Part shown: piece after piece, positions 25,590 to 37,400 of the stretch
Layout: the number at the start of each line of letters is the position of its first letter
How positions within the stretch are numbered: the first letter of the stretch is position 1
Assembly (NCBI GenBank): GCA_003344405.1
Contig: NOWV01000213.1
Span: 1 to 64,000 of the forward strand
Source of the DNA: Trichoplax sp. H2
Taxonomy: Eukaryota
Direction: 5' to 3'
Length of the DNA stretch: 64,000 nucleotides
The notes under the pieces: generated by a model
Database searches by the model: none
Seen by the model: only the letters and a program-made list of their open reading frames with translations
Told to the model about the DNA's origin: nothing
Translations under genes and position numbers: made by a program

Positions 25590-26320
25590 CGGATTCTGAA
25601 GGATATGATGATAAATGGATCCGATATCAAACTGCTGAGGAAGACTTTCAACCATCAATTGAATAGTATAGTAAAGTTATATTTCTGAAGAAAAATGTTG
25701 ATGATAAATGGGTCCGATATCAAACTGCTGAGGGAGACTTTTATCCATCGATTGAATAGTTTAGTAAAGTTACATTTCTGAAGAAAAGGATTGATGATAA
25801 ATGCATCCGATATTAAGCTGCTGAGGGATACTTTCATCCATCAATTGAATAGTTTAGTAAAGTTACATTTCTGAAGAAAAGGATTGATGATAAATGGATT
25901 CGATATCAAACTGCTGAGGGATACTTTCGTCCATCAATTGAATAGTTTAGTAGGTAATATTTCTGAAGAAAAGGATTGATGATAAATGGATCCGATATCA
26001 AACTGCTGAGGGATACTTTCATCCATCAATTGAATAGTTTAGTAGGTATTATTTCTGAAGAAAAGGGCTAATGATAAATGGATCCGATATCAAACTACTG
26101 AGGGATACTTTCATCCATCAATTGAATAGTTTAGTAAAGTTATTATTTCTGAAGAAAAGGGCTGATGATAAATGGATCCGATATCAAACTGCTGAGGGAC
26201 ACTTCAACATTCAATTGAATAGTTTAGTAAAGTTACATTTCTAAAGAAAAGGGTTGATGATAAATGGATCCGATATCAAACTGCTGAGGGACACTATCAA
26301 TCATCAATTGAATAACTTGG
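25590..26320. repeat. ~93-bp minisatellite, ~8 copies
   Basis: Unit tttctgaagaaaaggattgatgataaatggatccgatatcaaactgctgagggatactttcatccatcaattgaatagtttagtaaagttaca near 25682, 25775, 25868, 25960, 26052, 26146 and 26238. Confidence 0.95.
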
Positions 26321-27034
26321 TAGAGTTAATATATACAAGATATTATAGACGAATCAATCTTTCTTATAAACGATGCTATCAGCAAATTGCATTCGTTGCT
26401 TAGTGTAAAGTCGAGGCCCACTATCGGTCTGTCATCAACTTAAGGGGAATAGCTAATATCAATTCCGGAGGGTGAATGCAATCATCCTGGACCGATGCCT
26501 TATTAACGATTTTATCTTCAATACACTACTGTTAACAGTTTCAAGGTACAATCGCAGAGATATGTCTAATAACTGCCCGCCTGTTATCGTCAAAAGTTCA
26601 ATAATTAACTATATCAATGACTGTTCGTGATACAATCATCTTTGATCGTTGCTTTATTAACGCTGCTGGTTTAACAGAACATAACGCTAAAATTTCCTCG
26701 ATGGAATCGCCATTAGGAGTTAGATACTATTATGCGTTCTTCCAGACTGCTAAAGAGAGGACATTTCACGGAGTGACAGCCTGGTATGCGTAATATATTT
26801 TGCTTAAAGGTAGAAATTCTGCTGTAGAATAGGTGCAATTGATTGTACTGAAAGACAAAAGTGGTGATTATCACGAAAAAAGTAACCCGAAATATATTTG
26901 TGCTGATGATGCACGAGTAACAAAACTACTTTGTTGACAAACAATTAAGACGAGCAATAACTGCCGTACAATAAGCGATACTTGGACATAATTCTGTAAA
27001 GACGACTTTGTTTATTTTCTTGCATATGCTAACT

Positions 27035-29123
27035 CTAAAACTGGTGTTTTGAGCGAAGTCTTCGATATGGACGTTTCTCTGGATTGGCATTACGAATGTC
27101 GACGCCTGTGCTAATCATATTCCATATTATATATACCATAAAAATAAGCAGGATTCGAGTCCAATAGGAATAGTGGCCATTTTCTGAAGCAGCTTCTTGT
27201 TCTGCTTCATCTGTTTCTTGGGAAGCTGGTACCAGGTCAGGTGCAGCCTCTTTCTTTGGTTCTACAAGTTGTTCCAATTGATCAGAAATTTGTGGCAACA
27301 ATTGATTCCAAAGATGAACAAATTTCATTCTGTAACCATGGTGGATACTTGAATTAATCCCAGAAATGACCAAAATTGGCTGTTTTGAATCCTCATACCT
27401 CGGCCAGTGTGCTATTTCGTTATTAGGCTTACTGTAAAATAAAAAAGATATTATCATACTACACAGTTCAATTATTGCAGATACCATGGACGACTAAATA
27501 TATCTAGCAGTTCATGATGATACCAAAATATAAAAATAGGAGTATTTCTAGTTTACAATTTAATTCATCATCATCTAACATGTATCCAATCCATTACCCT
27601 GAACGTATAAATTCACTCCAATACTTAATGCTCTGATGTAAAAGTGTAGGACTATATTGATTTAGGACCGGCACTCGCTTAAAGTAATTAACCGGGTTAC
27701 CAAATAAATACACCATTTCAAATGGAATATCGGAGTTGGGAGATGTATCATCACCAAGCGAACTATCAACTAGATGATCTAAAATATAAAAGTAAGTCGA
27801 TAAACCAAAATTGGCAAAATGATTTGCGCAAAACACTGCCGGAAGGAGTATATTCCTATCGGTATTTAAGTACGTTATAGAAGTTTGCATAGGTGCTTTC
27901 CCGTGTTTATCTGTATAGCGGCCGTATGCATGAGCTATCAAAGGTTTAAATGGTGAAGATGGATCTATATAACGTGAAAGATGTTGAGTGAAATCATCGC
28001 TATCATCACTTTCATGTTTAGATTTATTACTATGATTTGTGACAGCAAGTGCAAGGTGAGAATCTTGAGATAAACCAATCATAATATTTGCTTTATAAAA
28101 TCGCCCCTGCTGTATCATTTTATCCGCTTTATCTGGAATACTGCGACCATCGATGACAGGTAAAAATTGCCAACTTGGGTTCTCTTTTACTAGCTGATCT
28201 TCCATTTTTAACAATGATCGCATGGTCATATTCTGAAATTGAACTAAAATCTCATTCATCGTCTCAGTGATAGAATCATTTACAGCAGAGCGTCCGGTTG
28301 AATTTGCCATGCGTAATACCATATCTAGCATTCTATCTTCTTCAATATAGTGAAAACCATTTTCATTAAGCGGTGTACCACTTTGTAGTAAACATTGCTG
28401 GAATAATCCTCTACTGTTCGGAGAGAGTAAATGAAGCATTGTCATAGCTGAACCATGATCATATCCGCCTAAAGTTATTTTCTCCGTATTACCACCGAAA
28501 TCACGAATAGTGTGAAAGATCCAATTTAAAGCCATTTGTTGATCTAAAAGAGCGAGATTATAGACTAGTTCATCATCACCTGTGCCGTCTATTTTGCCAA
28601 TGGTAGGCAGAAAGCCAAATATACCACGTCTATAACTCACTGTTATAACGATAATCTCTTCTTCTTGTACTAGCCGACGGCTTGATCGCCACGATGGATG
28701 CGTGTAGTCGTTATAAACATCACCTAGCCAAATCAAAACTGGTAACAACGTAGACGTATTAATCTCAGGAGTGTAAATACTCAAGTATAAGCAATCTTCG
28801 TTCTGAGTTGACAACCCTGATGAGGAAGAAAATGGTTTTGATCGTTGAGGACATAATGCTGGCGAAGTAGTTGCTTCGAAGGGATTCATCCATTCTTCAG
28901 AATAAGGTACTGGAGGCTTAAATCGTAATTTATTGATTGGTGGTTGCGCGTATGGAATACCTAAAAATTCGTAGGAAAATTTACCTTTAGCACCGTATAC
29001 AACATTGCCGCGAATTGGACCTCTCGATGTTGAAATGAGTATCGTATTTCGAGCGGCTTCAATTTGGTGCATAACGATCAGACAAAAGATAAAACTGAAA
29101 AATTGATTCGCCATATTGTACAA
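27035..29123 (-). CDS. Type-B carboxylesterase/cholinesterase-fold membrane protein, non-catalytic (neuroligin/CLAM-like), 2 exons, ~640 aa
   Basis: Signal peptide; motifs FLGIPYAQPP, RFKPP, EDCLYLSIY, YRRGIFGF, NLALLDQQMALNW, FGGN...ITL, QSG, FLPVIDG. Exon 1 29123-27598 (gg|gtaatg) joins exon 2 27431-27035 (tttacag|t, G-KPN...WPRY). An acidic stalk and a TM helix (YWTRILLIFMVYIIWNMI) precede a short basic tail. Confidence 0.9.
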
Positions 29124-32100
29124 TCACCCGCTTCAAATTGAAGACAAGCGATGAAGAAATGTAAATAAGCTAAACTCAGAGTAGGCTGCGAGAAAATTGG
29201 ATATTAGTCTGCTGCATGAGAAAGCCAGATGGCTATAATGAATTAATCATTAGTTTGTATCAGAATTGGAACTTATGGTGTAATAACAAAATGATTATTA
29301 AACGACTGAAAGAAAAGATAATTAAATTAAGCGTTTCAACTACCGCACAATCCCCACCACGAATGTACTCGTATTTAAGATCTACTTAAAATGAAATGAT
29401 CTCAACTTACTATAACTGCTGTTCAATAAGTCTTTTGCTAGCTACTCTATAATTAATGTCTTCCTAATTTATGCCATTTGCTTTTTTTTGTTTAGAGTAA
29501 GCTTGAACTTTAAAAATTGGGTCATTGATTGATTCGATAAAATTGTTTACTATTGTAGCAAAAATTGTTAGAGACATATCGTTGGAATTAAAAATCAGGC
29601 ACCAAGGATAGACTCTAACTTTCCTTGGTGGGAACAAATCCTCTAGCTTTATCATGGAATAAATAGCAATGCTACCTTACTTTCACCGTGTCTAAATCTC
29701 CCAAAACGCCAATTTATTAGTAACATGCTGCTTCTCGATCCGAGTGGAGAAAAGTACTGACCCTTCTGTTCTTGGTCAAGAAACAAAATAGCTTCATACT
29801 AATGAAATAAAGCTATTAGTCATTTTTCTAATTAAGAACACAGCTATCATTTAAAATATCTATCTTTAAATTACAGTAGCTTACATAAAATATTTCTTTA
29901 CTTTCCCAAGTACGTAAATATTTCGGACAAATTAAAAATTACAACTGACGCTATAGTCTGTTAAAAAGAGTCGTTACATCATCTACACCATAGAGGTAAA
30001 GGCCTTTCTTTTACCTCCACGACCCAAACAGTCATGATGTTGGCAATGTGGAGAAATCTTACGTGAAGAAAATTATAGAAATTACTGCATTTATAACATG
30101 GAAACTGCTACAACATCGTTTAGGAATAATTCTCAGATGAGAGTTTCCAAAAAGAAATGCAACTGCACACTATCATTTAATATGGATTTATTAGGTTGCC
30201 ACAAACAGCAATTTAGACTGCTCGTTCCATCTGTCATGAAACTGAAGCAGTTTTGACAAATGACAAAAATGGACAGCATGAAGCCAAACGGAATCATTTA
30301 ATTAAATGAAATTGTATATCATAACTTATAGACTTGAAAGCATGAAATGCTTTAAAATAGAGACTTTAAATTATTTGGCGTATCATTTCGAAATGGATGA
30401 GCAAGTTCAAGATTTGTTACAAGGTTTACTGACTTAAAATGGTTCGCTAGAATGAAAGGATTTTGTTTCAATTTTAATTTTAGTATTCATTAACTAGATC
30501 AAATAATACAAATATACAGCTAACACAATAACATTTTATAACAGAACTTTTAAAACTTTGTCATTTTGGACACAAAAATAAAATAAGTTATATGGATATG
30601 ATAACGTAATGATTTCTAGACAAGTTAAACAGAGTAATATTGTTTTCTGCTTTACGAAACTTTAGCTCTATTTGTACCTTGCCTTTCGCGAAATATTGGC
30701 ATGAATGTGTTTTGCGACGATGTCATTAATAATATAAGTTCTAAACTTTTTATAAATTTTAAAGAAGATTGTTCTTAAAGAAGTATCAGGAAGAGAAGAT
30801 AATTTGAAATAAAAATGATTCAAATGGCAGCTGCTATTGTAATATGGCGTATGAAGCAAGGGCATCATGGCGGCTTTGGCTTTATATCGATTCTTTTGTG
30901 ATTTTATTTTAGCAGGAAGATTTTACGCTTTGATCTACGCATCCAACCGGCAGCAGAAGTTCATTGATCTTGATATATTGGTATTTTACCCATATAATTT
31001 TATTGCTACAGGAGCGGCAATCATTTTTTTCCTTTGTTTATTCTGCATAAATGAAGCGAAACATGGTTAAAATTGAATATGAAATGAGGTTATTTGTTTT
31101 GCTCTAGTAATTGTAAGCCTTTCCTATCGTGATTGTATTACTAGCGGTTTAAAAGAGTCAAATTTCAATAGTAAACAGCCTCAAATGATCACTAAAAATC
31201 AATTTAAAGTGAAAATGATACGAAAAAGACATTGCTGGTTCTCTCGGTGGGCTATATGTTGACTATTCGTAATCCTGAATTAATCATACGTTAGGATGTT
31301 ATTATGACTATGTTGCTGATGATACTTTTGATATTTGCTAGTTAAATTACTATCGACTGAAAATAGGCCTTTCCTGATTCTAGAGCATGTCAGATGAGTA
31401 AAATGTTTCCTTTGAGGGATTTATGTGGATTTTTGTTGTTCAGGAAGAAATGAAATTAAAAATAAGCTCAAACTATCTGCTATAAAGGACCATTTGGATT
31501 TGGATTTTGAATGGCAAAATTGTCAAAAATGCAATTATCTATAGGTCAAAGTAAACAGTAGTGATAACAAATGGCTATGGGCTAATTCATCATTATATGG
31601 TACAACGGATGAATCCTATGTGGTGTTATCCACTGCGATTCGCCATTTTAAAGAATGACAACGGCTGCTCTATCTATAATTTCTTAATGATGGCTACAAA
31701 ATATTTGAGCTAATGTTGTACTAAAACTATTGAATGAATTGCTACATAATTCATTTGAAATAGTTGAACTCTTGTTTACGTAGATAATAATGAAGACTAT
31801 TCTCTTAAACATTTTTTCTTAATTGCCACAGAATAGCTGAACAAATATAGTATTATAGCTAAAACAATTCCTTAGATATTATATCAAACAATTTCATTAT
31901 GACTGCCAAAGAACACGGTAGTTCAACTCTTATTTCGTCCTGCTATATGGTACTAGGCTAACGATGATGGCTATTCTATCCAAAATTACTACTTGGTTGC
32001 TATAAAATAGTTCTACCAATTTTTTGCCAAGATTATGGTCTTACCAAGGCTATTCTGTAGTAAATGTCTTCAAGATTGTTACACATTACAGTACTTAATA

Positions 32101-32389
32101 ATATTTTGCTAAAAGAACTGCTTATGTCTGTAAAAGGATACTATAAGAACTTGTCATTCTTCTCATTCTTTTACAATTAAATGGTAAGTACAGTTTAACT
32201 CTATAAGTTGTTTACTTGCCATCATTTATAATTAACTTGTAAAATAGTTCGATCTGTAACAGAAGAATTTAAAGGAATACACGATACTACGACTTTATCA
32301 AGTAGATACCTTGAGAAAAGACTTCAATTATGTTACAGTAGAGGTAATGTTGACAGCCTAATAATTTTTTTTTCATATGATGAAAGCCG

Positions 32390-32670
32390 GCAAGTCCAAT
32401 TTTAGACGCATAAATCAAGGAAGTTTGGCGCAATAAAGTCCAGTTGAAAGTTTAGAGGTGTAAATAAAGGAAAATGAGCTCAGTAAACCGATGTCTATTT
32501 CAAATTTTACAAGTGCAAATGAAGGAAATAGAGCTCTACAAACTAATGTCCAGTTTCAATTTTACCACCGTAAACTAAGGAAGTTGAGCTCAATAAATGA
32601 AGACTCAATTTAAAATTTTTAAGTCTAAATTGAGGAAAATTAGCTGTATAAACTGATATTCATCTTTGAT
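32390..32670. repeat. Highly degenerate ~59-bp tandem repeat, ~5 copies
   Basis: Recurring aaat.aaggaa..tgagctc..taaac.gatgtc.a.tt..aatttt near 32412, 32462, 32517, 32573 and 32627. Confidence 0.55.
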
Positions 32671-32856
32671 GGCTCATGATGATATCAATCTATTGGTGTT
32701 CTACGCGTCCATCGCAAAATTTATTTTTTTAAAATCACTTGCCGGGAAAATTAAGATCCAACTTAGGAAATGACTATTATTGCCACATTTTACAGCTTAA
32801 GGAGTAAATGATTAAAAATCATTTGAGAATATCTTAATTTCACCAATTAAGGGCCA

Positions 32857-34410
32857 TCATCTAAGATACTCACCTAGATATGACCATAACTCGGCAAAAA
32901 TCCAAGTGGAAAATAGTGTATTTACTTTATGATTTATTTCAGTAGTACCTGGTGATGGCCCTTCCGTCAATGCGTCTGGTAGAATGTTAGGATCTTCCTG
33001 TTGTAATCGTTTGGCGATGTTAAACGACTTTTGCCTCATCATTGAAGCTTCGTCATCTTTTTGCTGTTTCTCGTAGGCATTGGACATATTCTGATAGACT
33101 ATTCCAACGATCGTATGATTCTCGGTGTATAAGTTTAGATAGATATCGAGTGCTTTATTGTACATAATCAGAGCATCGTCAACGCGATTTTGGTAAGATA
33201 ATACTAATCCTAAATTATTGTATAACTGAGCAACATCGGCAAGCTTGTCTCCATTTACTTTCAGTTGAATCTTTAGGGAATTTTTATACATGAAGAAAGC
33301 TTTATCGCAATTATATTGGTGACGATAGATGTCACCGATACTAGTGTATGAATGAGCCACCTCTAGATGGTTTTCTCCGTATAGTTTGAGACGAATTTTT
33401 AGAGCTTTGCCAAACATGGAGAGAGCTTCTTTATAGGCAAATTGACGACAATGGATATCTCCCATATCATGGTATAACTGAGCAACATTGGAATGTTGGC
33501 ATTCTTGTAATTTAAGTCGGATATTGAGCGCCTTTTGATGCATAGACAGAGCAAGTTCATATTGGCCTTGATGACGATAGGCTATTCCTATATTGTGGTA
33601 AGAATTGGCAATATCGAGAGGATTCTCACTTGCTCGTTCCGATTGAATACTTAACGCTTTTTCATACATTGAAATAGCTTTATCATACATTGATTGATTA
33701 TCGTAAACTAGCCCGATATTATAGTATGAATGAGCTACACTGTCGTGTTTTTCTCCAAAAATTTCCACTCCAATATCGATCTTTTTTTGATACATGAGGA
33801 GAGCATCATCGTACTTTGATTGCTGAAAATAAACGTTTCCCATTTTCTGATAAATTTCGGCAACATCGGCATGATTCTCTCCGAGTTTGCTTAATTTAAT
33901 AGGTAAAGCTTTTTGATACATTATAAGGGCATTGTCATAGGCATCTTGATCGTAATAGAGACAACCAAGAAGGAAATACGAGGTAGAAATTTCAAGATTG
34001 TCTTCATTTTGTAGTATTTCCTTCTTCATTTTCAGAGACTGGCCGAAATCTTCTATTGCTAAGTCGAATTGCCCCTGTAATCTCTTGCTTTCACCTTGTC
34101 TGTCTAGAATTCGAGCAAGTCCTAGATCGTCCGTCAACTTTTGGGCAATTTTGGAAATTTTTTGACATACTTGATTGACTTTCTTGTGTTTACATTCCTT
34201 TATGTAAGTATCAGCAATCTGAAGGTAAATTTCCAACTGTACTTGATTGGAATCATTTGTGCGCGCGGGTAAATGTTGATGGTGGGAAAGAGCTCGTCGA
34301 TAATATTTTCGAGCTTGTCGATAATCTCCATGAGTAAAACAACTTTGGCCCGCCCGACATAAAAATTCTATTTCTTCGCCAATCTCTGATTTATTTGCTG
34401 AATTTCCCAT
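32857..34410 (-). CDS. Cluster gene A: TPR-repeat protein (42-aa TPR_12/kinesin-light-chain-type repeats), Gly2 N-terminus
   Basis: 517-aa ORF with ~8 repeats of H..VA.SY.NIG.VY..Q..YD.AL.MY.KAL.I.L...GEN; starts MGNSANKS. A strong phase-1 donor (g|gtgagt at 32874/32873) lies just before the stop, so the gene may continue. Confidence 0.9.
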   Translation of the reverse strand: MGNSANKSEIGEEIEFLCRAGQSCFTHGDYRQARKYYRRALSHHQHLPARTNDSNQVQLEIYLQIADTYIKECKHKKVNQVCQKISKIAQKLTDDLGLARILDRQGESKRLQGQFDLAIEDFGQSLKMKKEILQNEDNLEISTSYFLLGCLYYDQDAYDNALIMYQKALPIKLSKLGENHADVAEIYQKMGNVYFQQSKYDDALLMYQKKIDIGVEIFGEKHDSVAHSYYNIGLVYDNQSMYDKAISMYEKALSIQSERASENPLDIANSYHNIGIAYRHQGQYELALSMHQKALNIRLKLQECQHSNVAQLYHDMGDIHCRQFAYKEALSMFGKALKIRLKLYGENHLEVAHSYTSIGDIYRHQYNCDKAFFMYKNSLKIQLKVNGDKLADVAQLYNNLGLVLSYQNRVDDALIMYNKALDIYLNLYTENHTIVGIVYQNMSNAYEKQQKDDEASMMRQKSFNIAKRLQQEDPNILPDALTEGPSPGTTEINHKVNTLFSTWIFAELWSYLGEYLR

Positions 34411-37400
34411 TAAAAATATGGGGACTGAGATGGTGATTGCTCTGTTTTAATACAAGACTTTTCTTTCTTGGATCGTAATAACAAACTGAAAGTGGTGAAA
34501 ATTTTTCACCTTCAATCTCTCAAGCAATGAATAATATTGCTTGAAAACAAATTACTCCTTTTCTCAGTTAATTTCATTGACGCTTTCACTAGAGCACAAA
34601 CTTTTTCTATAGATATCAAAAGCGCATTTACTCAATCATTTATAGGAATCAATTATAATTATAGTAGAGAATAATTATTACTATCGCACTTTAAGACCGA
34701 CATTATGAGATATCGCAATTATCATTCTATCGACAATGTTTTATTCCCCGACGGCGAATGGCATTTTTAATTAATCTAATTGTGCATTTATATTCAATCT
34801 AGATAATAGTCGAGACAATTCTTTCCTTTCCGATTACAATTACTTTAATCGGATTTCAATGCAGAAAATGCGGAAGTAATATACTTATTGCATATCTTTA
34901 TTATTGTCTAATAATAAAAATGTTTTTCCCCGTCACAGCCATTGATAGAAGAATCATCATTTGTTCAAATCTAGAGTAATAAAGTTGGCAACGAACAATA
35001 ATGTCCGAGAGAAAGTCAATCACGAAATCACTTTGGTCTTTAGTTTACTGTATTTAGATTTTAAAGGAACAGAAACATTTTAGACAAAAAAATAAAAATG
35101 GATTCGAGAGCATGTCTGAATGTAAAACTGTACACTTAAGTTAATTGGAGATTCTGTTTAGAATCTATCGTCCATAGCTGGTATTCGATTATTCCTCGAT
35201 GATTTTAGTCCTTTGATAGATATGCCATTAGAATGGATTTATGATTGACAGTGTCTGGGAGATTAAATGAACTAAATTGATCTATTGACATAGAGTAGAT
35301 TGCAATAACGTGGTCGAAATGGATCATGGAGAATATACCAAGTATGATGTATAATATTGCAATACCATATTATGCTACAACTATGGCAGCTATTTCAGTC
35401 AAGATTGAATTTTTATAAAGGACATGTCGATGATAGCTGGTTATTTTTTCTTATCAAGTGGTCAAGTTTAATTTTATTTAAAACTGAGGAATAAATGAGA
35501 CTATGATTGTAACCATAATTCTATTTCCGCCATTGGCATAGCATAGCTGTAGTGAGCTCGGTACACTAATTGACAAACATTGTGAAATTGAAACATTGCA
35601 CAGTTGAAAATATTTGTACAAGCCTTCTTTCCCATGTCAATAGTGTATTTGCATTTAATTACCGTATTACATTGGTCACTAATTAACTAACTCAAATTAT
35701 CTTCCATAGAAATAAATTCATTATTGGTGCCCACCGTAATTATAGATTTAAAAACTGAAAATTGTTCAATTATGTAATGATTAATTGCTAAATTCACAAT
35801 CGTGAAAGTAAAAATAGAAATACTTAGCAATGTATAATGTATATAGGCAACTGTGAAACCTTCAACAATACCTATAATAGCTTTTGCAAAGTTTTAAATT
35901 AAATTATCTCTAATTTATTAGTTTACCCCGATAATTTATATTATTTTATAAATTAAAATAAATCTAGACGATAGAGTACAGCGCTCTTATAGCACTGGGC
36001 AGTCTCAATGATGGATTTTATAGATATATTAGTGTTCACAGCATTGCTGCCTTGTAGACTAAAATTGTTTTACATAATATACCACAGGGAGTCTACTGAT
36101 TCTAAGCCTCTTAGAACTTAGGCGTTATAGCAACAGTACTACGTGTTTACTAGATTTTGCGACAGTTTAGATAGTTATCAGCAGAAGCTAATCAAAGTAA
36201 GTGATTTATGTTAGACTATAGAATAGTAAATAGTGGTATACATATTTCATAAGCCGTTTCGATTCAAAAATGACGTTGAGGTTATAATATTATTTACATC
36301 CAGGTTAAAAATTTGTTATGGCTAAATTTTTGTATTTCATACCGATTAAATTGAACAATATTGTCTACGAATTACACAAATCTGAATCAAGATAAGTATA
36401 TAACTTAGTGGTATCATGAAGTGTGTAGTAAGAGAATAAGTTAGCGCTGGTGAACATTGAAACATACTGCACTAATTGGCAATAAGCAAAGAAAGCAGGG
36501 CGGGATGTTTTCCTTGCCTTTGATATGATCAACGAAAAGCTAAAACTGACTCAGTATTTTCTTCCAGAAACTATTTATTATAATATTTCATTAACTTACT
36601 CGTACATTGACCATTTTAGATCCGATAACTATATATATGTTATTAATGATTGCTAATAAATACTAATGTGGCTATTATGATAAGTGTCAAATGTTGCGAT
36701 AACGATATTTGTTACGGTATACCAAATCTATACTGTACATTGCAAGCTATTTCGAGGATGTTCATAGAAAATAATTAAGTCGTCACGTTGATTATATCGG
36801 TTAGAGCCGCTAGATAGTAAGGTAATAGTAATATTTGTTATGCAAATATAGCTAAAGCAACTAAAAAAGAAGTTGTCTGAGTGTTTGTCGACTAGAAGAC
36901 TTAATAAGCATTTAGTTTGCTAGTAGTGGATAAGAAGTACAAATAAATCCTGGGATTGAAGTTGCTGTTCATCAAATTACAGTAAACGGTATATTCTACA
37001 CGAAGGGTATAGTTTGGGTCGTTACACCGGCATTAATTGTTTTCCTATAATTTGCTTTTAAATATTTGTAAGGATTTTGGAATTTAAATACTATAGGAAG
37101 ATTAGACCTACTGAGCTAGGATAAGTATTGACGATAGGGTAAAAAATAAGCTGGCTGTATGAGTAGATCATAAAGTTGCTAAAGAAGAAAGTTTTGATCT
37201 AGTAGAATAGAGGAAATAGACTACAACTACCTCATCAATAGAGAAAAAGATAGCGCTTAAGAATTTGTAACTTAATCCTATTTAACGTATAGAAATGAAG
37301 TTCTATTAACTGAACTATTGACAGCCCTTCAACTCGTCGTGCAATTACTATTGATTAATCTATACAAACAGAATCGCTTTTCTTCACACTTACAATTATG

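Noticed and set aside
25458..25837. ORFs in the 93-bp array
   Set aside because: Repeat-derived, with indels between units and no recognisable domain.
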